A DNA stretch of 54,216 nt, taken from positions 2,677-56,892 of the forward strand of contig MU619391.1 in assembly GCA_025201805.1 (NCBI GenBank). Reading direction: 5' to 3'. This document shows positions 12,792-25,779 of this stretch, in pieces (positions within the stretch are counted from its first letter, which is position 1; every line of letters begins with the position of its first letter). A program made the translations under genes and the position numbers. Origin of the DNA: Parasitella parasitica NRRL 2501 (Eukaryota; Fungi; Mucoromycota). Below the pieces are notes generated by a model, which had not been told where the DNA came from, ran no database searches, and saw only the letters and a list, made by a program, of their open reading frames with translations.

Positions 12792-13399
12792 TTTTTAGTA
12801 TTGATGGTAAAGAAAAAAGAAGAAAGAGTTACAAAGAAGGGAAGAGGGCTTTTTTTTAAAAAAAAAAAAAAAAAAAAGAAGATGAAACTGGTTATGGCAG
12901 ACGAACCAAATGTCAAGCTTTTTCAAGCCCTCTCTCAAGCTCTTGTCCTCTAGCGGATTCTGCTTCAAGAGCTTTTATGACACGCTGTACATATACGCGA
13001 TCAAAAAGTCTAGATCACCGCACGAGCCGTCAAGCTCTAATAAAAATCAATACAACATGGCAATGGCATTTATATCTTCCTCAACAGGTCTCTGTGAGTA
13101 ATACCGCATTTTATCAGTAGTGTCAGTAGTCGAGATGGACTTGACTATAAAAAAGTTGATCTTTTTCCTTGGGATCATGCAGCTTGCCGACCTCATAAAT
13201 CGCTGCTCACTGCATCAAGAAAGTAGCCTGTCTCACTCTGTACAAACAAACAAAAAAGATATTACAAGCCTATCCAAAAACCCGCTTCCCATTCTTTTGG
13301 CCCTGCTTTGCCTGTACAACAAGAATCAGCACTGACTACTTTCCCGCTTTCTCTTTCGTTTCCTCCTACGCATCCATGTTTAAAGCGCTCATTTATGTG

Positions 13400-14040
13400 A
13401 AGAAACTTCAGGGCAGATGCTAATAATGGTAAAAACGTTAAATGTCAATCAGACTCAAACAGTGTCGATTGTGGCAGGAAACTTTACAAAAGCATTTGAC
13501 AACTAAAAATTGTAAATGTTTAGTAAAAAAAANNNNNNNNNNNNNNNNNNNNNNNNNNNNNNNNNNNNNNNNNNNNNNNNNNNNNNNNNNNNNNNNNAAA
13601 AAAAAAAAAAAAAAAAAAGGAAGCAAACCTATAAAAGGGACAGAACCAACCATAGTACTAGCATTTTCGCAAAATGTAGACATATAGGCTATATATCTGC
13701 GAGGCTACTATTATGTTCTCAACATATATTGGGAAAGACTGAAGTTTTCAAGCTTCATCTGGGTGAAATTTGTTGATAGCTGCGTCCCTGATGAATATGC
13801 AACTTTATTAAAAGATATACAGATTCATGAATTTAAGATATCGCTTTTGCTTCTCCGAAATCACGAAAATCATCGACACTCATCGAGATGTTGGCGTTTT
13901 CGTTCGCAAACAATACAGCAAAGGTTTGGCAAAGAGACACCAACGCCGCAAACAACATGATGGCTATCTCTGGAACAATCCGGTCAGGAAGAGAAAGGCC
14001 AACTATATTTTCTCACTACTTCAGAAAACCCGACGGATGA
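13400..14040 (+). pseudogene. Frameshifted Fanzor (eukaryotic TnpB-like RuvC nuclease) C-terminal relic
   Basis: Frame starting at 13921 reads KVWQRDTNAANNMMAISGTIRSGRERPTIF (RuvC-III WxRDxNAAxNM...GxxRPxxF). Upstream, in shifting frames: K-rich tract, PTIVLAF, DEY (13790) and GVFVRKQYSK (decayed zinc finger, CxxC to RxxY). Confidence 0.72.
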
Positions 14041-16980
14041 CAGCTTGCAGAACTCAATACCCCTTGTAGCCATGGATGTATCAAGACAGAAATCTGGCAG
14101 AACTATTTTCATGTTTCAAGCAAGCTGTCGCCAGAATGGCAACTTGCCAACTCTTTTTCACCGAGGCATTTCAGCTGCTCGTTGCTATGAAAAACAAGCA
14201 AATTGTTGGGGAATGTGAGCTTTTTAGCATGTAATTTTGATTGCATTTTGATAATATCTGATGAAAATGACGAGATCCACCGTGATGCCATAATCTCGGA
14301 TATATCATGTTACACCATGAATATCAAATCATACTTCAATGGAATAAACTTCAATCTATTCATCTCATAACATTCGTGTCCTTGAAGAATATCCGTTCAT
14401 TCCTGATATAATTACCCTATCTGACGCCACCTTTTGGCGTTTGTGTCGATCTGTCCGTGACACTCACTCATTGCAAGAGAAACGACACCCTACCCAAGCC
14501 TCGATGTACTCTTTGATCAATTCAACCAAAAATTGCCATTGCCCCTGCACCCTGCGCTGTGATTGATTTTCGTATCAAATGGCATATCTGATTTTTTATA
14601 AAATATAAAGTGACAGAGTGTGGAGATAGTTATTAAAGCGTAGAGGGTTAAGAAATAGAATGTATAAAAGCAACTGGTTGAATATGTCGTTATTTCACAG
14701 TAAATGGCTGATAAAAAATCTATACAAGTATTAAGGATTAGAATTTGGTAAAATTGGATCTTTTTACTTGAGACTGGAATTCTATTATGAAGTTTAGAGT
14801 GTTGCTACAATGGATCATCTAGCTTTGAATCTGGCAAGACAAACTCTGAAACTCTTGACATCACTATTATTTGAGTGTTTAAAGCTGTATGGGGCGCTAT
14901 GCTGGTACCTCTGGCTTATGGTATTGCACCCCTTTTGAATCTGTCATGGAAATCTTGTGTGTTGGCTGCTTCCATGGTACTAATCGATAATGCGCTGCAG
15001 CCAATCACTCTATGTTGCTGTTATTTACAAGTACATGTGGTTTTTGTTTGGATAAATTCCATTCACAGAGACAAAAGTCGTAATATTGGCCAGCCCAGCT
15101 TTGATATTCTTGGTCCAATAGAAACCCTTACTCAACAAATGGCTATAACTGCCTGCCTCAGCAATAACATAAATATGCATATAAACAGAATCTAATGTTG
15201 AATATTTTTTATGAACGTGCATCCCACTTATCCTATGCATTCAACCATTCACTTGAGATATATTTCTAGTACACCCTAAAATAGATATCTGGCAGTTACT
15301 GCCGTTGGGAATCCCATCATTTGAATATAAACCGACACATACCGGTTCTCTAGTTCAGGAGTAGCTGATTACGCAACATGTGATCATTCAGCAACAAAAT
15401 AATTAAATATGGTGTCAATTGATGATGATGAGCATTGTCAACTGAAAGTCGAAAAATGTCATATATATAGCGTATATAGCGAGTGCAATGTTAAATCTCG
15501 GTTTATAATAAATGACAACGGGACTAACTGAAAAAAAACAAGTGTTGGAGCTTGTAACTCGTCATCGAGAGTTTGGCAGTACGGTATGCGTGCTATTACT
15601 TCAATATTGTAACTTCTAAAGGGTGGATTTAATATCTGCACATGCCTACCTGTATAAAATAGCAAAGCCAAGAAAGTGGCGTCTCTTTCAATACACAAAT
15701 AATGCGTCATTCAAGAAGAATAAAGAGCCACTGGTATCCGGATACATATGAAATGTAGAGAAGGAAATATCCCCTTTCATTATGACTATTTCCAATTCGA
15801 CTTTGGACTGCACCCACTTTTAGTATTTTAATGTGATCAACATGTCCATGTATATATATATTATTGCGCTTTTGATATTTAAATGTTATTTTTATATTTT
15901 GATGCATCGGCTGAGTGATGATTGTGCTACTTGGATTCAGATTAAACATTCAACTATCCTACATGAGTCATGATTGTAACATTCAAGCAAAACTATAAAT
16001 AAGATCAGCAACCAATGCAGCATTGCAACGCTCTCTTGATCTTTCTTTCTACTGGAAATTCAGAAACCAAAGCCCTTCGCGGTTATTTAATATTCTGTAG
16101 AACATTTAAAGAAACTGCTGCGTTCTGGTACATCAATTGATCAACCAATCGCCTATTTATGTATACTCTGCATCTATATTGAACGATAACAACGACTGAA
16201 ACGACATGGTGATGTAAATATATGCCTTTTAAAGTTTGTTCTGATTAAAAGAGGAAATCTAGACTTCATCAGGAGTAAAAGGGGTTGATCAGATTTTATA
16301 GCACTGTATACTATACTACACTAATAGGCTTTCAAATCATTAAGCTATTGTATATATATACATGGTGAAAACGGATTAAATGGCACGTTGTGTGCTGAAT
16401 AAATTGAGCTTTCTGTAAAGATAAAGCTAATAAAGTGTTACAATCGTGTCACCACGGAGTTTCTGTATTACAGAAAAAGAAAAAAATTTTCATGGCTTTC
16501 GTATATATATGAATTCAGGGAGCAGACATACTGTAGAGGGTAGATTTATATTTATATATATACATATATACATATATATATACATACACTCGTGCTCGCC
16601 ATTAAATTTAGATGCAACATGTATTTCACGTTTAGCCGGGACAGTAAACACATAATTGCTCTACAGCATTCTCACAAAGTCCGAAAAAAAAACGAAATGG
16701 TACCTTTTGAAAGAAGATCATCCGACATTGGGCAAAAAACAACAAAGCAGAACCCACGAGAATCGACACCAAATAGGACAAGGCTGCAAGCGCGCTTGTA
16801 ATAGAATTTTATAAATAAAAACAAGGCCATTTATATTGCTTTGTCTCACATTCTATCATTTGCTAAACGATCACATTTTTTTTTTTTGATCGACTTTAAA
16901 TTTGGGCCCACCGTTCATTTCCTTCTCTTTATTTTTTCCTCTTCTTTTTGCAGTTCTGATATATCTCCATTCCTTTAAAC

Positions 16981-17593
16981 ATGTCATCATCTAATACAGC
17001 AGCATCAGCAGCAGTGACAACTACAAAATTACCGTCTATTCAGTCCATGCTCGAAGGCATATGCTTGAGCAATGAGCAACACATTGCTAGATCTTTTGTC
17101 GGTCATCGCCGCCATGCGTCTGAGCAAAGCGCATTTGCCATGGTAAAGAACAAAGCCCCACCACTGGAGCCAAAAATTGAGCATATACCCCGCTTGACAG
17201 TAGCAGCAAATACAACAAATACAACAAATACAACTTCTGACCCTTCACCCACTTACTACTCCCGAATTACACAGCTTCAAATTCCCCATCATTCGCCTCG
17301 AAACCTCCACTCCCGCTCCTTTTCAGATTATACCCATCCATATCCTAGCTGCTCTCCTCCTCGCACAACTGGCACTCATTTGGCTCCGCTTCAGCATCGT
17401 CGTGCTGTATCCACTAATACATTGGATATTATTCTTCAACCCTTAATGCAAAGACCATTGGAAGCCGTACCCCCATTGATGCATCCCTCCTCATCGACAT
17501 CTTCCATCACAACAAACAGCATGCCAGATGAACATCATGAGGGCTATAATTCAGACGAAACGCACACCTCTACACACAGCGAGCGATCTGCGT

Positions 17594-17625
<32 letters not shown>

Positions 17626-17979
17626 GTCAGTGCTGGTACAAAGCCATCATCCACCATTGCTGCTGCTAGCAAGTCCGACAACAAATACGCCTGTCCCTAT
17701 TGCAGCAAGGGCTTCTCTCGCCCTTCATCGCTTCGAATTCATACCTACTCGCACACGGGCGAAAGGCCGTTTGAATGCCCTGAAGCCGGGTGCTCTCGTA
17801 AATTTAGCGTTCAAAGCAATATGAGACGTCATTTAAGGGTTCATCGTTTGGGAAGACCACTAAAACGCAACGGCGGGCTCATTTCTCCGGCAGACCGCGC
17901 CCAACTCATCAACAAACCTTTGGCTGCCAAGCCAATCACAACATCTTCAAACTGGTCTAGTGTCACCGTGTATCCTTAG
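16981..17979 (+). CDS. C2H2 zinc-finger transcription factor with two fingers, MtfA-like; intronless
   Basis: CPYCSKGFSRPSSLRIHTYSHTGERPFECPEAGCSRKFSVQSNMRRHLRVH; N-terminal KLPSIQSML motif. Confidence 0.92.
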
Positions 17980-18028
17980 TAAACAATGATACTTTTTTTT
18001 TTTTTTTTTTATTATTCAATAAAGAAAA

Positions 18029-21000
18029 TCAAATTCTACCGTTACATCTGTTGATGATCAATTTCTCAATTTCCACAATGATGATCTGTATGACACAGCA
18101 TATTAATATTATACACCACGATGATCCACTGACGAATGACAATTCAAGCCAAGAAGAAATGCCTAATTGTCACAGCGAAAAAAAAACACATTTAAATTAA
18201 AGAGGTTACACTTGGGGTACGTTTGCGCTGCGTGTGTATTATATATACCTGGTGCGTATATCCCAATCAACAGACAAGAGAACGATACCGCAAATGCCAT
18301 CACCATCCACCTGTTTCCAAAGAGACCAGCTACAAAGATGGACTGCAAGATTGATCTTGACAAAAACGAATGTAGTAATTGTAGTGTTGTTATTGTTGCA
18401 AATGCCTGTGTTATGTGAATTAAGGAGTAAGTAATTTCAGGAGAAACGTGGCACACAAGTTAGGTACTTGCCAACGATTGTGCTGACGATACAGAGTACT
18501 GGAAATACTGGATAGCAACAACGTAAACTGCCACTGTTAGCAGTGCGATCAGCATGGATTGTATGAATATAATCAGCCATGTTACGGTTGTAAGCACGCC
18601 TTGATTTGGATTGCGCGGCTTTCTCTTCATTAGCCCGATTTCCGCTGGCTCTACGCCTAGTGCCATGGCTGGTGGAATATCTGCTATTATATTTGCGTAT
18701 AAAATCATCATTACTGTCAAGGGCATTTCTAAATTAGCTATAGCGCAAATTAGCATCAGAAATATCTCTGCCCCATTGCAACTAAGGAGGTACACGATAA
18801 ATTTGAGAATGTTGTCGAATACATGTCTACCTTCCGCCACGGCGTCAATGATGGTTGAAAAGTTATCGTCCAGCAAGACCAAATCAGCTGCTTGCTTAGT
18901 GATTTCTGTACCAGCTTCTCCCATCGCTACTCCAACATCAGCGCATTTGATAGCAGGAGCATCTAACAACACAAGCTTAGCTGCTTGGACAAACAGACTT
19001 GCGCAGTAGAAAAGCTTACCGTTGACGCCGTCTCCTGTCATGGCGACCAATTCACCTCGTTGCTGCAGTGCTTTGACAATCTTGAGTTTATTGTCTGGAC
19101 TTACTCTTGCAAACACACACGGAAATGGCTCTAAACCAATGATGGCATCCTGCGACAATAAATCTAGTTCCTCTCCCAGAATTGCTCGGTTCTATGCCAA
19201 AAAAAAAGGGGGGGGGGGAGGGGGGAGGGGAGGGAGGACATTGGTTATTTTCAATTGTACTTTTCAATGCATCGCCCAAACCTTGTCATGCTGGTTGGAG
19301 TCGAAAATGCCCAGTTGTGTAGCAATGGCAGTTGCTGTTTTGACATGATCCCCAGTTATCATCATAACGCTAATCCCAGCTTCTTGGCATGTGGCTATTG
19401 CTTCTTTCACACCTTCTTTGGGCGGATCAATAAGTCCAATAAGCCCAATGAACGTCAGATCAGCTTCCGTGTACATTTCGTCATCCCGACACTGCTTGTA
19501 AGCAAGTCCGAGTACTCGTAAACCTTGGTTTGCCATGCGAGAGCTTTCGTGCGACACTTTTCCAACAAAGTCATCATTGTCCTCGCTGTTCTGCAGTGGT
19601 TTACTGCCATCTCCGTGGTATTTGCACTTTTTCAATAGCTCTTCAGGGGCTCCTTTGCAAAGCATGATTTTTTCGTCGGCATGCTTGTATACCACACTCA
19701 TCAATTTTCGTTCAGAGTCAAATGCTCGTTCATAGATGCGCTGATAACCGAGTTCAGACTCCCAGTAGCTTTTCCCCGACCTTGCTTTTTGGGATGCCAC
19801 TACCATTGCGATTTCGGTAGGATCTCCAACAGCCTTCCGCTCTTTTGTCACTGTATTTATGGCAATGGATGCGTTATTGCAAAGCGATGCAATCATCAAT
19901 GCTTGCTGAAGATGAAAGGGGTAATTCTGCCTTTTTTCTGTGTCAAGCTGCTTGCTACAGCCTTTAGAGATATCAGTTTGCAAAGGATTGCACAACGTCG
20001 CTTCTGTATCTACTGTATCTGTGCTATCGTTCGTCGTTACTTTGCTTTCAAATTCTTCTTCCAAACTACAGACAAGTGTAAAGGCCGATGAACTTGTGCT
20101 GCTATTGCATAATATGCTGCCCTTATCCGGATCCAAGGATATTGGGTCGGTGAATGTATACATCACGTCGTCACCTGTCCATAATTTTGCTACTCCCATC
20201 TTCCCTTCAGTCAGTGTTCCTGTCTGCAATCACAATATAAGCAACAATGGAGACACCCGTAGGGGATAATATATCCTTTTAGAAATACCTTGTCAGAGCA
20301 GATGACGGTTACACTTCCCAATGATTCAACTGCTGGCAGTGACCTTACAATACATTGGCTAGGAAAACAAAAAAGACATCAGAGACTGTGGTTTATGCAT
20401 CAGATATACTTACTTTGCTGCCATGCGACGCACACCTAGAGCCATTGTAACTGTAGTTACAGCTACCAAGCCTTCTGGAATGACCGAAACAGCCAGACTA
20501 CACATATGCGTCAGTGTATGACAAACTTTACTAATGCATTGTTCCTAAGTTCGTACCTCAATCCTACATTTAGCATGTGCTTGATGTCTTTCTTCCAAGC
20601 CAAGCCGATTGCTACAACAAGCAGACATAAAACAATTGAAAAGAACACCAGCTGTTTGCCTAAACAATCCAGTTTCTTTTGTATAGGCGTTTTTGTTTTG
20701 TGTAAGGAACCTTGTTGAATAGCAGCGCTAATTTTACCAATCTAGATAGCATTCAAGCGGTTAGTCTATACATATTAGCTTACATAGAAAACTTGCTTGG
20801 GGACGGGGCAGGGCGGGGGCGGGGGAGGAGGAGGTTTACGTACCTCAGTGTCTTGACCTATACGAACTACAATTCCAATTGCTCTGCCACGAGAAATTGT
20901 GGTAGACATAAATGCATTTCCTTTGCAATCGCCGATGGGAATGCGTCTGGTCTAGCGATACATTTGTTAGATTTAATTACGCATTTCAAACATATTGTAT

Positions 21001-22255
21001 AATCTTACTCTAGCTTTAATAGCACTGGTATTCTTTGTCACTGGTAAACTTTCGCCGGTGAGTATGCTTTCCACCACTTGAAGCTGAGAAACATCGACCA
21101 AACGCAAATCCGCTGGCACAGCATCACCTTCTTCTAAAATCACAACGTCTCCAGGCACCAGATCTTGCGATTCGATCAAAGCCTGCTCTCCATCACGTAT
21201 GACTCGAGCCTCACAAGACATAATATAAATTCTCTGATTCTTTAGACGTAAATTTGTGAAAAACTGCTTACCTTGGGAACTGACAGATTCATCAACGCAC
21301 TCAATGTTTTACTAGCCTTCCACTCTTGACTGAAACCGATTACTGTATTCAAAACAATCACAGCCAATAACACGGCCATACTGTTGAAATCTTTTTCGGC
21401 AGCTTCTATCACTGCAGCAATCAGCAGGATGATGACCATAAAGTTGGTCAATTGACACCATAGCATCTTCAATGCGCTTGGCTTGGGAGGATCAGGTAAT
21501 TGATTGTACCCATAATGATTGTGCAGCAATTCTATTGCTGATGTCGGCAATCCCGTTTCGGGCAGACTGTTGGGATACATGCGCATCAGCCTTTCAACAG
21601 ATCTGTCAAAGTGAAGCGCTTGAGGAGGCAATAAGGGTAGTAGGCTGTTTTCTTTTGTTTCTGTAAAAAACTCCTTTTTATCCATAAGCTCTTTCATGTC
21701 ATCCTGTTCGTCTTTCTTGATCAAATCCCTCCAGTCGTAAGCGCCGCCATAGTTGTTGCTAGTCAGTAGTTGAACCATGGAAACAGCCGCCTTCTTCTGT
21801 TCTACAGTCGACCAAGATTGGCACCGATAATGTATCTTCAAGCGGTCTCTCAGCTCAAACACAGGTATTTGATGGGCTGCTGTGTGAAATTCAGCTACTT
21901 GTTGCAGGAAATCAATCATCAAGAAAAAAGCCAGATCCGCCTCTACAGTACTTCGTTTTCTGATCAACTGCCCCTCAGTACGGCCTGTGTTGAGCAAAAG
22001 GCCTTTAAGCAAGCGTTCCATTAGCTCCATGTTGAGGTGCGTCTGCTGATTGCCTTTGATGCGAAGGTCCATTAGATAGCGGAGCCCCTCTAATGTCTCT
22101 TGCAAAAGGCCAATATCTTTCTTTATATCAAACAAATCATGAATGTAGACCTCGATTTGGTGCTCAATAGAGAGTCGGCCGTCAATTTCTATTTCAATTG
22201 ATGGCTGGTGATTTTGCTCTTGTTTCGTTACTTCGGCAAAAGCATCACAAGTCAT
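18029..22255 (-). CDS. P2-type cation-transporting ATPase (Ca2+/Na+-like) with long N-terminal extension; about 10 exons; true start may lie further upstream
   Basis: [43 protein letters not shown] (split by an intron), [45 protein letters not shown]; last exon ends ...NGRI* at 18029. Confidence 0.93.
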
Positions 22256-23177
22256 CAGTGTTTATGCAGAAGTTGAGATATAAGATATAAAGTTGGATCA
22301 GAGAGTTTATTTGAGATACTTTCGGAATATTTGAGAGAGCTACGGTAGGTTTGTTGATTATATTTAGTCTTTTTGGTTAGAAACTGTATTTTAGCTGTGA
22401 TATCAATTGTTTGCTTTTAGTAAAAGGCGTTCTCTGGACAGTACAGTTGTTTGAATTAGCCGACATTTGTATCTGAAGTATGCATATCTGGGCCAGAACA
22501 TCATAAAGATCCTTATCTACCTTGTTATAGTGTCTTCCAAATGACTCTTGAAAAGTACTCACAGCAAGTTGAAACATGAGAAATTTTGATATCCAATGCG
22601 GCTAGTATTTGATTTTCTATCCATAACATTCGTACTGATGTTTAAGATTGGGATTGTTTGTATAACGACAATGGCCATATATTGTGTAGAAGTTATCAAA
22701 CAATATCTATTAAAGTGAATAGATGCTTGGGACGGGTGACATTTATATCACAAATTTGCAACTTGATGTGTTTTCAGTCATAGGTAGGATATGGAAAGCC
22801 GGAAAATCGCGCTGTTTACACTTACAGGTCTTAAATGCCACTCTTTTATCGTTTGCACCCCCCCATCATTCTTTGGCTTGATTATTGCGTAAATTACAAA
22901 CACGACCCGCATCCAATTCAAAAACGATTATCATCAGCTTTACGGTTGCGGTAAAAATGATATTGCATTACAGCAATTTTTAAACAATTGAAGCATTAGC
23001 AGCAGACTGCTACTCATGGATCAACTCATGAAAATCTTCATCCACACCAAGAGCTAAGATGCAGTTGGAGATGCGTTACCTTCCATTAGCTCTATATCGA
23101 AGCCAAATTGAGAAAACAAACTAATTTCCCGCTCAACGCAAACATTTTGTTTATCGCTTATTCTGCCAGTTTATCTT

Positions 23178-23215
<38 letters not shown>

Positions 23216-23257
23216 NNNNNNNNNNTTTTTATCATTTCCCGAGAACAGAAATTCGTA

Positions 23258-24399
23258 ATGGCAACTTATTTGAAGCTCACAAACAAGACAAACTACTTTT
23301 TGAAGACTCTTCCTAAATTTGACCCTTCGCAATTAGACATTACAACCATTCGTGCTAAGCCAGATGTGGAGTTATCAAAGAGTGTGCCTCGTCCCGAGTT
23401 CGATATTGAACAAATGAGTGTTATCAGCAAATCGGGAATGGTAAACGTACATATTTATCGTCCTTCTGGTAGCCATGACACTGTTTTACCAGCTGTTGTG
23501 TACATGTAAGTATAAGCTCGTAACAAAATCTTTTTCGCACTCATTCGACGCATAAATTTGTTATACTTAAGACATGGTGGCGGATGGGCAGTTGAAACAA
23601 AAGGTTCCTATTCTTACATTTGTGCAAAGGTAATTATTTAACCCTAACCCTAACCCTAATCACCCATCCTAAATCTCAATAGCTCGCTGGTCAAGCTGAA
23701 TGTGCTGTCATTTTTGTTCATTATTCCTTGGCTCCTGAAGCTCCTTTTCCTACTGCTATCGAGGAATGCTATGCGGTCTTGGATTGGGCCAGCAATCCAA
23801 ACAATACCAGTTTCTTAAAGATTGACCCTGCTTGTGTTGCACTTGTGGGCGATTCTGCTGGCGGTAATATTGCCATTGCCGTATCTTGTAAGTAACATGC
23901 CATGTATTTTTAGCATGTTTTTCAAATTAAGCATATGGTTATAGTGCTTGCAAAACAAAGAAATTTGGAAAACAACATCAAATATCAGGTTTTGTTCTAT
24001 CCTGTCACTGATGTAAAATTCAATACTAGCTCTTACTACGAATTTGGCACGGATTACGCTTTAACCAAAAAGCACATGGAATATTTCTGGGATTTGTATG
24101 TTCCTCAGCAAGCCGATCGAGACAACATCTTGGCATGCCCTATGAAGGCAAGCAAGGAAGAGCTATCTGGCTTGCCTCCTGCCTTAATCGTCTCTGCTGA
24201 GGCCGATATTTTGCGTGATGATGCAGAGAATTTTGCTCGCAAATTGATGGATGCCAATGTCCCCGTCTCCACTACTCGTGTTTTGGGAGTCTTGCATGGC
24301 TTTGTTAGCAATCCTCAATTATTTTGTGATGAGACATTGTTTGCTTTGGATTTGGCTATTGCTGGACTTCGTAGAACATTTGCCGCCGCTAGACAATAG
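23258..24399 (+). CDS. Alpha/beta hydrolase of the HSL (GDXG, Abhydrolase_3) esterase family; 4 exons
   Basis: HGGGW oxyanion motif, YSLAPEAPFP, GDSAGG nucleophile elbow, DILRD and HGF catalytic Asp/His. Confidence 0.93.
23639..23659 (+). repeat. (TAACCC)3.5 telomere-like microrepeat inside a 53-nt intron
   Basis: TAACCCTAACCCTAACCCTAA within intron 23630-23682. Confidence 0.8.
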
Positions 24400-24504
24400 A
24401 CTGTACACATACGATAATAAGAAATTTCGACATGATCATTAAAAAAATAAAGGATTGTGCTGGTTTTTTATTGTTTTGATATATATATATGTTTGGCGAT
24501 TGAT

Positions 24505-24912
24505 TTATTGTTGATTTCCCCCTCGAGCACCAATGACTGCACCAATGTTGCTGTTACCGCCACGCCCACCACGATTTTGTCCGCGTCCACCTCTATTTCC
24601 TCTATTGTTGTAATTTCCTCCACCACGTCCACGTCCACGACCAGACATGTGTCTTTGTTTGCTCTCATCTTCCTTGACCATATCGACAATTTCCTCGGGC
24701 ACATTCAAGTATTTGATGGTGTTTCCTCTAATGTAACATTCAGGCAACTTCCAAAATTTATCGCCATCAGGAGATGTTTGGATGACCTCACGTAAGGTCA
24801 AATTCATCCAGTTATCGCAGTTGACTAGATGGCCATTAAAAGTTTCGCCACTTTTTAATTCGACAAGCATGGGGTGACCAGCGGCTGTATGTAAGAGAGT
24901 GAGCGGAAGCAT
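24505..24912 (-). CDS. LSM4: U6 snRNA-associated Sm-like protein LSm4
   Basis: [51 protein letters not shown]-rich tail. Confidence 0.97.
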   Translation of the reverse strand: MLPLTLLHTAAGHPMLVELKSGETFNGHLVNCDNWMNLTLREVIQTSPDGDKFWKLPECYIRGNTIKYLNVPEEIVDMVKEDESKQRHMSGRGRGRGGGNYNNRGNRGGRGQNRGGRGGNSNIGAVIGARGGNQQ

Positions 24913-25450
24913 ATTATGTTTATAAAACTATTAAAGGGTATGCGGTTAATCTATTTATGTAACTTTCGTAGTAGCTTCGTTTTACCAGCGAGGTAGATTG
25001 ATTCAGACGCAAAAAGAAGAACGCAAAAAAATATGATCAAGCCAGATTGTATGGATTTCGGACGTCACAAAGCTACTATAGTTGTATAGTACAAGACATG
25101 CTTCGACAAAATCTTGAGAAAACGCATCGCAATCAAGAGCAAAATGTAGGCTTTTCGATGAGAATGATAAATAAATGTCTAGACTTGATTATGAGAGAAA
25201 TATTAATGGGTTAGCACCCTCATGCCATCACTGTTACCAGCTTTTTTAAACTTTTAGATTACAAGGTCGACAAAAACGATCAAAACGTTGAAAAGTTTCG
25301 ACATGATACAGATCCACTTTGTAAATTACCATAGTTTGAGCATTGGTTGCTATAGTTACCATTTTAATAAAATAAAATAAATCGAAGCAAAGCATAGTTT
25401 GAACCATATGTTAAATACGAATTCAAGAGATATACGCCTTGAATATTTTA

Positions 25451-25511
25451 TTAGAAACAATGTGCATTGCTATTACCATATTGTTGCTGTTGTTGTTGCT
25501 GCTGCTGCTGC

Positions 25512-25543
<32 letters not shown>

Positions 25544-25745
25544 AGAATCTGCTATATAACCATTAGGTCCCAACATTGGACTTCTAGGATTATACATAGA
25601 TTGATTTGTTGGGTCATCATCTAAAAAGTGTCCAGGGCTAGGACATGGACTTGGCGGTAAGGGAGTGTTGACAGCTTGTTGATAACTGGGTGATAAGGAA
25701 GGACTTCTTTGATGTTGTGAAGAAAATTGGTGAATGCCTAATTGC

Positions 25746-25779
<34 letters not shown>

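Noticed and set aside
14100-16000. Cluster of short ORFs between the Fanzor relic and the C2H2 gene
   Set aside because: No consistent splice model or motif could be built
16787-16798. Perfect 12-bp palindrome CAAGCGCGCTTG upstream of the C2H2 gene
   Set aside because: Palindromes of this length are expected by chance in 54 kb; no independent support
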